From the NCBI GenBank assembly GCA_016201795.1, contig JACQCF010000014.1, forward strand, positions 49,648 to 113,647: a DNA stretch of 64,000 nt. The letters run 5' to 3'. Below the pieces are notes generated by a model. The model was not told the DNA's origin, ran no database searches, and saw only the letters and a program-made list of their open reading frames with translations. This stretch comes from Candidatus Omnitrophota bacterium (GTDB taxonomy: Bacteria > Omnitrophota > Gorgyraeia > Zapsychrales > Fredricksoniimonadaceae). The position numbers were made by a program, and so were the translations under genes. This document shows positions 31,279-40,422 of this stretch, one piece after another; the first letter of the stretch is position 1, and the number at the start of each line of letters is the position of its first letter.

Positions 31279-31997
31279 ATTTTTTTATTTCTTATTGCCA
31301 GCACAGCCATCGTCATCCCAAAGCCGAAGCACCGGCTCTTCGGATGAAGGATGTTTGTGCTTCTTATGAAGGGGATGATAAGCTGGCTTTAAAAAATATT
31401 TCTTTTTCTGTACCTCGGGGTGTGTCGATGGCGCTGGTGGGGCCAAATGGCGCCGGCAAATCCACGTTGTTTAAAGTAGCCTCCAATTTGCTGAAAATGT
31501 CCTCGGGCAAGGTGGAAATTTTCGGCCAGCCTTTGGGCGCCTGCCATCAGCATGTGGTGTATTTGCCCCAGCGCAGCGACATTGACTGGCAATTTCCCAT
31601 GAGCGTTTTAGATTTAGTTTTAACCGGCCGTTATGTGTATTTGGGTTGGCTGCGTTCTTTGGGCCGTCAAGATTACCACAAGGCCTGGGAAGCTTTAGAA
31701 AATTTGAGCATCGAAGATTTGAGCCATCGGCAAATTGCCCAGCTTTCCGGAGGGCAGCAGCAAAGAGTTTTAATTGCCCGGGCCCTGGTGCAGGATGCAG
31801 ATTTGCTTTTATTGGACGAGCCGCTCAATGCCATCGACGCTCAAACCCGCGCTATTGTGCAAAAAGTTTTGAATCATCTAAAAGCCAAAGGTAAAACCAC
31901 TTTGATGGCCACGCATTATTTCAATCCGCAAGAAGGCCTTTATGACGTGGCTATTTACCTTAAAGACGGGGAAATGATTCGGGAGAAAGTAACATGA
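31275..31997 (+). CDS. Zn/Mn ABC ATP-binding protein
   Basis: GPNGAGKST, YLPQR..IDW.FP, LSGGQQQR and LLLDEP; N-terminal CQHSHRH. Confidence 0.92.
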   Translation: MNFFISYCQHSHRHPKAEAPALRMKDVCASYEGDDKLALKNISFSVPRGVSMALVGPNGAGKSTLFKVASNLLKMSSGKVEIFGQPLGACHQHVVYLPQRSDIDWQFPMSVLDLVLTGRYVYLGWLRSLGRQDYHKAWEALENLSIEDLSHRQIAQLSGGQQQRVLIARALVQDADLLLLDEPLNAIDAQTRAIVQKVLNHLKAKGKTTLMATHYFNPQEGLYDVAIYLKDGEMIREKVT

Positions 31998-32842
31998 GTG
32001 AACCTTTTCAATATGTGTTTATGCAGCGTGCTTTGGTCGCAGCGGTGGTTGTCGGGGTGCTTTGCGCGTGTTTAGGGACGCTGGTGGTTTTGCGGCGCAT
32101 GTCTTTAGTTGGCCATGCGCTCACCCATAGCGCTTTGCCCGGGCTTGCGATTGCTTATGTTTTGGGGTTAAATATTTTTGGCGGGGCGGTGGTGGCCACG
32201 GTATTGACGGCACTGTTGATTGGGTGGTTGGCCAAAAATGAAGCGGTCTATGAGGACACCTCTGTCGGGATCATCCCGACGCTTATGTTTGCACTGGGGA
32301 TTTTGGTGATTAGTTCCACCAAATCTTACCGCGACATGTCGGCGATGCTTTTCGGTAATATCCTGGGAGTGACCCAAACGGATTTACGCTTAACCATAGC
32401 TATTGCCTTAGGAACGCTTTTGGTGTTGCTATTGTTTTATAAGGAGTGGAAACTGTTATGCGTTGATCCCAATTACGCTAAAACCATCGGGATTCCCTTA
32501 AATATTTTGCGCTATGGTTTGCTTTTATTGCTGGCCTTGACGGTGGTGGTCGGCATTCAGGCCGTGGGAACGATTTTAACCAATGCGCTCTTGGTGATTC
32601 CCGCGGCAGCCGCGAGACTTTTGACCAACCGTTTAGGCGTTATGATCGTATGGTCTTGTGTTTTTGCCGTGCTGTCGGCCTTAGCCGGTGTTTTTCTTTC
32701 GTATTATTTTGGTTTGTCTTCCGGGGCCAGTATTGTTTTATGCTGCGGCCTTTGTTTTATTATTTGTTGGTTGATTCGTCCTTCGATTTCACTCAGGACA
32801 AATCCTGAGCGTAAGTCGAAGGATTCGTGTTGTGTAAAATAA
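31994..32842 (+). CDS. Zn/Mn ABC permease
   Basis: RRMSLVGHALTHSALPG, LFGNILG and IPAAAAR motifs. Confidence 0.92.
   Translation: MSEPFQYVFMQRALVAAVVVGVLCACLGTLVVLRRMSLVGHALTHSALPGLAIAYVLGLNIFGGAVVATVLTALLIGWLAKNEAVYEDTSVGIIPTLMFALGILVISSTKSYRDMSAMLFGNILGVTQTDLRLTIAIALGTLLVLLLFYKEWKLLCVDPNYAKTIGIPLNILRYGLLLLLALTVVVGIQAVGTILTNALLVIPAAAARLLTNRLGVMIVWSCVFAVLSALAGVFLSYYFGLSSGASIVLCCGLCFIICWLIRPSISLRTNPERKSKDSCCVK
32773..32828. repeat. CTTCGA...CTCAGG-type palindromic element with GATTCGT direct repeats
   Basis: tccttcga/tcgaagga and ctcagga/tcctgag stems; gattcgt at 32773-32779 and 32822-32828. Confidence 0.75.
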
Positions 32843-32897
32843 AAAAGTCATGTTATGATATCTGCAATTTTAACCCCATTCAACATAAGGAAAATGT

Positions 32898-33419
32898 ATG
32901 ACAACGATTAAAATCATTGTTTTAGCTATGGTGTTGGCCGGATGGATGTCGGTGAGTTTTGCTGAAGATGCACTGGTTGCGGCGGGCAAGAAAATCAAAA
33001 TGGATTATACCCTGACGGTTAATAATGAACAGGTGGAGACTTCCGTCGGCAAACAACCATTGGAATTTGTTGACGGTGATCATAGCATCATCCCCGGTTT
33101 GGAAAAAGGTATTGAAGGCATGCGGGTGGGAGAGGAAAAAACCATTACCGTGGAGCCCAAAGATGCCTACGGCGAAGCAGACCCCAAACTTTTTAAGGAG
33201 CTCCCTAAAATCAGCATGCCGGCCAATGCGCAGCCCAAAGTTGGTATGGTGTTGCAGGCGCAGGATCCTAACGGGGAAAGTTTTCCAGCGATCATTTCTG
33301 CCATCAAGGACGATAAAGTGCTCTTGGATTTCAACCATCCTTTAGCCGGTAAACAATTGACTTTTAAAATCAAGATTTTAGGTATCGAGAATGTTGTACC
33401 GGCAGCAGCTGCCAAGTAA
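32898..33419 (+). CDS. SlyD-type FKBP peptidyl-prolyl isomerase with signal peptide
   Basis: PLEF..G...IIPGLE, P.DAYG and DFNHPLAGK.L.F motifs; signal peptide ending SFA. Confidence 0.88.
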   Translation: MTTIKIIVLAMVLAGWMSVSFAEDALVAAGKKIKMDYTLTVNNEQVETSVGKQPLEFVDGDHSIIPGLEKGIEGMRVGEEKTITVEPKDAYGEADPKLFKELPKISMPANAQPKVGMVLQAQDPNGESFPAIISAIKDDKVLLDFNHPLAGKQLTFKIKILGIENVVPAAAAK

Positions 33420-33422
33420 AAA

Positions 33423-34208
33423 CTACGGTGGCGTCGGTAAGAGATTGATAAGAGTGGTAATCAGAAGCATGGTGACCAGGCCGATCATCATTCCCCAGGA
33501 GGTGAGGGTTTTACCGCCTTCTTCGATGGCCTCCGGCAAGAGTTCCGCAATGACTAAATAAATCATGGCACCTCCCGCAAATCCAAGACCGACAGGAAGA
33601 AGCGGCACAAACAGCCAGGCCAAAAGGGCGGCGGGTGCGGCTAAAATCGGCTGAGGCACGCTGGTTAAAATGGAAGCCCAGGCGCAGCGCAGGGTGGAAG
33701 CCCCGTCTTTTTTTAGCGGCAAAGACACGGCAATGCCTTCGGGGATATTGTGCACGCCGATGGCAATGGCCATAACCAAACCGAGATGAAAATTACCGGT
33801 GGCAAAACCAACCCCAATCGCAACACCCTCCGGGATCGAATGAACAAACATGGAAATAAAAATCAAAATGCCTTTTTTGGAAAAACCATGGGCCAGGTGG
33901 TGCTGTTCCAGATGATAATGATGCACGAATTTGTCCGTCCACCACAGGAATAAAGCACCCAGCAACAGACCGATCATGACTTCATAAGGGGCCAGGGGGA
34001 ATTTGCTTTTAAGGGCAATACCTTCCTGGGCCAGCGAGAAGATGGATGCGGAAATCATCATGCCCGAGGCAAAAGCGCCGGAAAAAGCCCTTAAGATGTT
34101 GGAGTTGTTTTTAACGAAATGAACGGGGATGGCGCCCAGACCCGTCGCCAAACAGCTAATGACGCCGGTTAACGTGGACCAGTAAATTAAATACATTTGT
34201 TCATTCAT
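33423..34208 (-). CDS. ZIP-family (ZupT/GufA) metal transporter
   Basis: HSIPEG.AIG, HNIPEG, FAGGAMIY and ELLPEA motifs; His-rich loop. Confidence 0.92.
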   Translation of the reverse strand: MNEQMYLIYWSTLTGVISCLATGLGAIPVHFVKNNSNILRAFSGAFASGMMISASIFSLAQEGIALKSKFPLAPYEVMIGLLLGALFLWWTDKFVHHYHLEQHHLAHGFSKKGILIFISMFVHSIPEGVAIGVGFATGNFHLGLVMAIAIGVHNIPEGIAVSLPLKKDGASTLRCAWASILTSVPQPILAAPAALLAWLFVPLLPVGLGFAGGAMIYLVIAELLPEAIEEGGKTLTSWGMMIGLVTMLLITTLINLLPTPP

Positions 34209-34236
34209 GGTTCGACGCGCTTCGCTTGCTCACCAT
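34206..34236. repeat. atggttcgac...gctcaccat-type small palindromic repeat at the ZIP start codon
   Basis: atggt/accat termini with a ttcgac...gctca core related to the 32780 element. Confidence 0.45.
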
Positions 34237-34290
34237 TGATTTTTATGTGACGGCATAATTTACCATATTTTCAGATATCCTCAAGAGGTT

Positions 34291-34344
34291 TTCATCGAGA
34301 TTTCATATGTCCTTAATCTGATCTTAACAATAATGTTTTATATT
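34291..34344 (+). promoter_or_regulatory. Pho-box-like tandem repeats
   Basis: TTCAT (34291), TTCAT (34302), TTAAT (34313) and TTAAC (34324) at an exact 11-bp period, then TATATT as -10, upstream of the porin-pst operon. Confidence 0.65.
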
Positions 34345-34400
34345 CAAGCTGTCTTCAAATGCTTGATTGATGAAGAATTTTAGCCCGGAAGGAGAGCGAG

Positions 34401-35603
34401 ATGTTGTTTAAGAGGAAATGGAAGATTTTTTTAGTGTTGGGAATGGTGACAGGGGTAGCCGTTGCTGGCGCATTTGCTCAAACAGCTGATCACGTTTTAT
34501 CCAATGAAGAACTTTCCCAGCAAGTCCGTGAACTTCAAAAACAGTTGCGGAATATGCAACAGGTGATTCAGAAACAAAATGAGATTATTGAAAAATTAAG
34601 TCATCAGCCTGTGGAAGCCCAACCCTCGATACAACAGATAGCCGAGGTCAAGGAGCAGCTTAAACAGGAAATCAAAGCGGATATCAAAAAGGATGAACCG
34701 TCCTTTCTGCGGGTTGGTAAAGGGAATGTTGATTTAAGTTTGCTTGTTCAGGAATGGTATGTGGTTGACGATCATGCTCATGATAATTTCCGTCATCGTC
34801 GCTTGGAATTGGGAGTGGGGGGAAATCTTATTGATCATTTGAAATGGAAACTTGTGACTGATCCAAGTCTGGTTCAGGAAGATAACACCACCCGTAGTAT
34901 TTTAAAAGATGCTTACGTCGGTTACGATGGTATCCCACATCATACGATCCAAATGGGGCAGTATAAAATTCCGGTTACAGAAGAAGGGTTTCGTTCATCG
35001 GCCAAAATTGATACCGCGGAACGCTCTTTTATTGGACGGACTTATGGTGATAAACGTGATATTGGTGTCATGGCATCAGGCAATTGGAAATATGCCGATT
35101 ACCAGCTGGGAGTTTTTAACGGTGAAGGGCCCAATAAAAGCGATACCAATGACCACAAAGACATTGCGGGAAGGTTTGTTCTAAAACTTTTCCCGGATAA
35201 TAACTTCTGGAAAGGTTTACAAGTGGGCAGCTCTTTTTACGAACGGCCTTCACATGTAACTTCACCTGTTAAAAAGCGTATTGGGGCAGAGGCGAGATTT
35301 GAATATGACAAATTTTCACTCAAAAGTGAATTCATGAAAGCCCAAGATGGAGCCATACCATCGAATGGATGGTACACGCAGTTGGGGTATTTTATTGCCC
35401 CTAAATGGCAGCTGATTGCTAAGTATGAAGGATTTGACCCCAACGAACAGGCCTCAGGAGATCAAGAATTTGATACGACTATTGGTCTTAATTATTTCTT
35501 GATTAATCCAACGACTAAATTGCAACTTAATTATGTGCATAAAACAGTCCGTGGCGGTGCCGATGATAATCAGATTATTACTGCGGCGCAATATGCCTTT
35601 TAA
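34401..35603 (+). CDS. Phosphate-selective porin (OprO/P-like)
   Basis: Signal peptide, coiled coil, RHRRLEL, GQYKIP, RDIGV and C-terminal aromatic QYAF; first gene of the pst operon. Confidence 0.8.
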   Translation: MLFKRKWKIFLVLGMVTGVAVAGAFAQTADHVLSNEELSQQVRELQKQLRNMQQVIQKQNEIIEKLSHQPVEAQPSIQQIAEVKEQLKQEIKADIKKDEPSFLRVGKGNVDLSLLVQEWYVVDDHAHDNFRHRRLELGVGGNLIDHLKWKLVTDPSLVQEDNTTRSILKDAYVGYDGIPHHTIQMGQYKIPVTEEGFRSSAKIDTAERSFIGRTYGDKRDIGVMASGNWKYADYQLGVFNGEGPNKSDTNDHKDIAGRFVLKLFPDNNFWKGLQVGSSFYERPSHVTSPVKKRIGAEARFEYDKFSLKSEFMKAQDGAIPSNGWYTQLGYFIAPKWQLIAKYEGFDPNEQASGDQEFDTTIGLNYFLINPTTKLQLNYVHKTVRGGADDNQIITAAQYAF

Positions 35604-35643
35604 ATAAAAATTTTACTTTTTTAGAGAAAGGGCTGGGATTAAT

Positions 35644-36486
35644 ATGAAAAAATTTTTTATTTTTTTTGTAGTAACGGCCATAGCGACTTTGGTCTGGGCA
35701 GGCGGCAATTCCATCCAGATTAAGGGTTCAGATACCATGGTGAATTTAGGCCAGGCCTGGGCAGAAGCCTACATGGGCAAACATTCTGATGCATTGGTGG
35801 CAGTGACTGGCGGCGGGTCAGGCACCGGCATTGCCGCGCTTTTAAACGGAACGTGTGATATTACCGAGACATCCCGACAAATGGAGAAAGAGGAGATGGA
35901 ACAGGCTAAGACCCGCGGGATTCATCCGCAAGAGTTTATTGTGGCTTTAGATGGCTTGGCGGTTGCGGTGAATCCGGCTAATCCTATCAGTCATTTAACC
36001 ATACCCCAGATCGCAGATATTTTTACAGGCAAGATTAAAAACTGGAAAGAACTAGGGGGGAAGGATCGGCCGATCGTAGTTTTATCCCGGGAGGTCAACT
36101 CCGGCACCCATGTGTATTTCAAAGAGCATGTGCTGCACCATAATGACGCCGATAAGTCTGCGGAATTTTCTCCGGCGGCTCTTTTAATGCCCTCTTCTCA
36201 GGCGATTGCGGATGAAATCGCCCAAAATCCCAATGCCATTGGTTACTACGGGATGGGTTATGTGAGCAAAACTCAAAAGGCCATTGCCGTGGCCAAAGAT
36301 ACCGCTGGTCCCTATTACACCCCGACCATGGAAAATGTTGTTTCTAAACAGTATTACATTTCCCGCCCTTTAATATTCTATACTAACGGTGATCCTCGGG
36401 GCGTGGTGAAAGATTTTATTGATTTTGTTTTCAGCCCACAAGGCCAGGAAATTGTTAAAGACACTGATTTTGTACCGGTGAAATAA
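35644..36486 (+). CDS. pstS: Phosphate ABC substrate-binding protein
   Basis: IKGSDT, GGGSGTGI, SREVNSGT and ISRPL motifs. Confidence 0.93.
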   Translation: MKKFFIFFVVTAIATLVWAGGNSIQIKGSDTMVNLGQAWAEAYMGKHSDALVAVTGGGSGTGIAALLNGTCDITETSRQMEKEEMEQAKTRGIHPQEFIVALDGLAVAVNPANPISHLTIPQIADIFTGKIKNWKELGGKDRPIVVLSREVNSGTHVYFKEHVLHHNDADKSAEFSPAALLMPSSQAIADEIAQNPNAIGYYGMGYVSKTQKAIAVAKDTAGPYYTPTMENVVSKQYYISRPLIFYTNGDPRGVVKDFIDFVFSPQGQEIVKDTDFVPVK

Positions 36487-36488
36487 TT

Positions 36489-37376
36489 ATGCTTGAACGA
36501 CATTGGACATGGCACCGTGTTAAAGAATTCCTGATCGAAAAATGCATTTATTTAAGCGGTGTCACTTCGATTGTTATTGTCGCGCTCATCTTTATTTTTT
36601 TGGCCAAGGAAGGATTTGCGTTATTTAAGACGGTCGGGGTGGGAGAGTTTTTGTTAGGGATAAAATGGTATCCTATTTCCCATCCGGCCCAATTTGGAAT
36701 CCTTCCTTTAATTATCGGTTCATTGGTTGTCACTATTGGCGCGACCCTGATTGCGGTTCCCATCGGAGTTGCCAGCGCAGTTTATATTTCGGAGGTGGCT
36801 TCCGGAAAAATTAAAGAGGTTTTAAAATCAGGCATTGAAGTCTTGGCTGCAATCCCCAGCGTAGTATTGGGTTTTATCGGGATGATGACGCTAGTACCGT
36901 GGGTCAAGGCTGTTTTTAATCTACCAACGGGCTTAACGGCTTTTTCTGGGGCATTGATGTTAGGATTTATGGCTATGCCGACCATCGTCAGTATCGCCGA
37001 GGATGCGCTTAATGCTGTTCCTAAACGTTATAAAGAAGCGGCGCTGGCGTTGGGGGCCACCCGGTGGCAGGCCATCTGGCGGGTCGTTTTCCCCGCGGCA
37101 TCTTCCGGCATTGTGGCAGCGGTGATGCTTGGCATCGGCCGGGTGATTGGAGAAACCATGGCAGTGATGATGATTACCGGCAATGCCGCGCGTATCCCCA
37201 CCACTATTTTTGAGCCTGTTCGTACCTTGACCGCGACGATTGCGGCGGAGATGGGCGAAACTGTGCGCGGCAGCGACCATTATTCTGCGCTTTTTGCCAT
37301 TGGTATTGTACTTTTTATAATTACGTTTATGATCAATTTGATTGCAGATATAGCGGTTCATCATAAGGCCAAATGA
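36489..37376 (+). CDS. pstC: Phosphate ABC permease PstC
   Basis: LAAIPSVV, EAALALGATRWQ and GRVIGETMAV motifs. Confidence 0.93.
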   Translation: MLERHWTWHRVKEFLIEKCIYLSGVTSIVIVALIFIFLAKEGFALFKTVGVGEFLLGIKWYPISHPAQFGILPLIIGSLVVTIGATLIAVPIGVASAVYISEVASGKIKEVLKSGIEVLAAIPSVVLGFIGMMTLVPWVKAVFNLPTGLTAFSGALMLGFMAMPTIVSIAEDALNAVPKRYKEAALALGATRWQAIWRVVFPAASSGIVAAVMLGIGRVIGETMAVMMITGNAARIPTTIFEPVRTLTATIAAEMGETVRGSDHYSALFAIGIVLFIITFMINLIADIAVHHKAK

Positions 37377-38224
37377 TTAAAAATCCTTATTTAAAAGAAA
37401 AGATTGCCTTTACCCTTTTATTCGGCGCCACGGTTCTGGTGGTGTTACCGGTTATTTTTGTTCTTTTCTATATCGTCAAACAAGGATGGCCAGCCATTAA
37501 CTGGGAATTTTTGACTCAGATGCCGCAAAAAGGCATGCGTGCCGGCGGCATTTTCCCGGCGATTATCGGGACTTTATATTTAGTTTTAGGAACGCTTTTG
37601 TTCGCCTTACCGCTGGGGGTGCTCTCAGGCGTTTATTTAACCGAATATGCCAGAGATAATGGACTCACACGGTTAGTGAAGCTGGCAATTATCAATTTGG
37701 CTGGCGTGCCGTCGGTGGTGTACGGGCTTTTCGGGTTGGGAATTTTTGTGGTTTTTCTTAAATTCGGGGCATCCATTCTTGCCGGGTCTCTCACCCTGGC
37801 GATTATGGTTTTGCCCATTATTATTACCACCACCCGCGAGGCTTTAGATAGCGTGCCGCAGTCCTTCCGTCAGGTCAGTTTGTCGTTGGGGGTTTCTAAA
37901 TGGCAGACGATTCGCCACGTGGTGTTGCCGCATGCGATGCCAGGGATTCTAACCGGTATGATTTTGGCAGTTTCGCGCGCGGCCGGAGAAACAGCGCCGA
38001 TCCTTTTTACTGTAGCCGCGTTTTATTTGCCCAGGCTGCCTAAGTCTGTTTTTGATCAGGTCATGGCATTGCCATATCATTTGTACGTGATTTCAACTCA
38101 GGTGCCCCATGTGAAATTGGAGATTCGTTATGGGACGGCGCTGGTATTGCTCATCATTGTTTTATCTTTGAATCTGGTGGCGATCATCGTGCGGGCCCAA
38201 TTCCGTAAGAAGAAAAAATGGTAG
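37373..38224 (+). CDS. pstA: Phosphate ABC permease PstA
   Basis: GGIFPAIIGT, LAGVPSVVYGLFG and RAAGETAP motifs. Confidence 0.93.
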   Translation: MIKNPYLKEKIAFTLLFGATVLVVLPVIFVLFYIVKQGWPAINWEFLTQMPQKGMRAGGIFPAIIGTLYLVLGTLLFALPLGVLSGVYLTEYARDNGLTRLVKLAIINLAGVPSVVYGLFGLGIFVVFLKFGASILAGSLTLAIMVLPIIITTTREALDSVPQSFRQVSLSLGVSKWQTIRHVVLPHAMPGILTGMILAVSRAAGETAPILFTVAAFYLPRLPKSVFDQVMALPYHLYVISTQVPHVKLEIRYGTALVLLIIVLSLNLVAIIVRAQFRKKKKW

Positions 38225-38979
38225 ACTCTTGTATTAAAATTACCATCGTGGATTTAAGTGCGTCATACGGTGCCGTTTGCGCCCTCAAGTCTCTTTCTCT
38301 GGATGTGAGGGAGGGGGAAATTTTAAGTGTGATAGGTCCTTCCAACAGCGGTAAAACCACATTTTTGCGCTGCCTGAACCGTTTTAACGACACAAACCCG
38401 CATTTTTCCCATCGGGGAATGGTGACTATCAACGGTATTGATATTTATGGTAATATTGATGTCGAGATGTTGCGTAAAAAAGTAGGGATGGTTTTCGCGT
38501 TGCCTACGGTTTTACCGATGAGTGTTTGGGAGAATGCGGCCTATGGCCTGCGCCGCCATGGCATCAGGGATGAACGGATGATTGCTTTGAGCGTTGAGAA
38601 TTCTTTGAGAGCGGCTTATTTGTGGGATGAGGTCAAGGATCGTTTGGAGGCGGCGGCTTTGAATCTTTCCGGCGGGCAGCAGCAGCGCTTGTGTCTGGCC
38701 AGGACATTGGCGGTGGAACCGGATATTATTCTTTATGACGAGCCGTGTTCGGGGCTTGATCCTATTTCCACCGCTAAAATCGAGGAGGCCATGATTCATT
38801 TTAAGGACAAGTACACCCAGATTTTGGTTACCAACAATACCAAACAAGCGGCGCGGGTCGGAAATCGGACGGCGTTTTTTTTGATGGGCCAGATGGTTGA
38901 GCTTGACGCGACGAATAAAATTTTTACCTCTCCATCGGATCAACGGACGGAAGATTATATTTCCGGGAGATTCGGTTAA
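38218..38979 (+). CDS. pstB: Phosphate ABC ATPase PstB, copy 1 (H-loop His replaced by Asn)
   Basis: GPSNSGKT, LSGGQQQRLC, YDEPCSGLDP, VTNN and TEDYISGRFG. Confidence 0.88.
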   Translation: MVDSCIKITIVDLSASYGAVCALKSLSLDVREGEILSVIGPSNSGKTTFLRCLNRFNDTNPHFSHRGMVTINGIDIYGNIDVEMLRKKVGMVFALPTVLPMSVWENAAYGLRRHGIRDERMIALSVENSLRAAYLWDEVKDRLEAAALNLSGGQQQRLCLARTLAVEPDIILYDEPCSGLDPISTAKIEEAMIHFKDKYTQILVTNNTKQAARVGNRTAFFLMGQMVELDATNKIFTSPSDQRTEDYISGRFG

Positions 38980-39734
38980 TGCATACGATGATCGAAACTC
39001 ATCAGTTAAATTTTTTTTACGGGTCGTTTCACGGATTGATTGATATTAACCTGGCGGTTGCCCAGTACCAGATCACAGCGTTGATTGGTCCTTCCGGATG
39101 CGGGAAATCCACGCTGTTGCGGACGTTTAACCGGATGAACGATTTAATCGAAAATGTACGGGTGACGGGAAGGGTGTTTATCGACGGGGTGGATATTTAC
39201 ACTCCACAAACGGATTTGGTGAATCTGCGTAAAAAAGTGGGTATGGTATTTCAGCGGCCTAATCCGTTTGCTCTTTCTGTAGCTGAAAATATTTTATTTA
39301 GTGTTAAAATTCATAAGACCGCTCCGGCATCGCAGTATGAAGCGATTTTGGAAGAATCATTGCGGGCGGTGGATTTGTGGGAGGCGCTCAAGGACAAGCT
39401 CCATAGGTCGGCGTTGCAACTTTCTCTGGAGCAGCAGCAAAGGTTGTGCATCGCGCGGCTGTTGCCGGTTAAGCCCGATATTCTGCTCATGGATGAGCCG
39501 TGTTCGGCCCTGGATCCGATGTCGACGGCCCACATCGAAGAATTGATGCGTATGCTTAAAGTCAATTACACCATTTTGATTGTGACCCATAATATGCAGC
39601 AGGCGGCGCGGGTATCGGATTTTGCGGCTTTTTTGTATCTGGGAGAACTTATTGAATTCGGCAGCACGGAGAAAATGTTCACCGTGCCTAAAGACCGTCG
39701 GACAGAAGAATATTTAACCGGGAAATTCGGTTAA
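38979..39734 (+). CDS. pstB: Phosphate ABC ATPase PstB, copy 2 (signature LSLEQ)
   Basis: GPSGCGKST, FQRPNPF, LSLEQQQRLC, MDEPCSALDP, VTHNMQQA and TEEYLTGKFG. Confidence 0.9.
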   Translation: MHTMIETHQLNFFYGSFHGLIDINLAVAQYQITALIGPSGCGKSTLLRTFNRMNDLIENVRVTGRVFIDGVDIYTPQTDLVNLRKKVGMVFQRPNPFALSVAENILFSVKIHKTAPASQYEAILEESLRAVDLWEALKDKLHRSALQLSLEQQQRLCIARLLPVKPDILLMDEPCSALDPMSTAHIEELMRMLKVNYTILIVTHNMQQAARVSDFAAFLYLGELIEFGSTEKMFTVPKDRRTEEYLTGKFG

Positions 39735-39750
39735 TACCAAAGGACACCCT

Positions 39751-40416
39751 ATGCTCACAGAAAAAATGGTTGAACTCAAACACCGTCTTTTAGAAGACGC
39801 TGCTCTGGTGGAAGACATGATCGCCAAAAGCACCAAAGGCCTTCTGGAGAAAAATGTTGCTTTATTGCAGGAAGTGATTAATACCGAGGAGCCCAAGGTC
39901 AACGATTATGACCGCGCCATTGAAAAGATGTGTGTGGAGTTGATTGCCCAATTTGAGCCGGTGGCCCGCGATCTGCGCCTGGTCGTTATGATTATCAAGA
40001 TGAACAAAGATCTTGAGCGCATGGCGGATCACGCAGTCAATATTTGCGAAAGCGGAGTGTTTTTGCTCAGTAACCCTATTCTGGGATCTTATGATGATCT
40101 GCGTTTGATGGGTGAGAATGCCGTTAAAATGCTTAAGGATAGCATCAACGCCTTTGTCAATGAAGATGTTCATTTGGCCCAGTTGGTTTGCAACCGTGAT
40201 AATATCGTGGATAATACTGGCGATAAAATCCTCAAAGACCTCATCGAGGTGATGCGCGGCAAAAAAGACGCCATTCCCCGCAGCCTGCAATTGATGCGCA
40301 TTGCCCATAACTTTGAGCGCATCGCGGACTTGTCCACCAATATCGCGGAAGAAGTTATTTACATTGTCGAAGGCCGCGACATCAAACACCATCAGGCGGA
40401 TAATCCTTTAAGGTAA
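39751..40416 (+). CDS. phoU: Phosphate signalling protein PhoU
   Basis: PVARDLR, DLERMADH and ERIADLSTNIAE motifs. Confidence 0.93.
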   Translation: MLTEKMVELKHRLLEDAALVEDMIAKSTKGLLEKNVALLQEVINTEEPKVNDYDRAIEKMCVELIAQFEPVARDLRLVVMIIKMNKDLERMADHAVNICESGVFLLSNPILGSYDDLRLMGENAVKMLKDSINAFVNEDVHLAQLVCNRDNIVDNTGDKILKDLIEVMRGKKDAIPRSLQLMRIAHNFERIADLSTNIAEEVIYIVEGRDIKHHQADNPLR

Positions 40417-40422
40417 GTCTCC

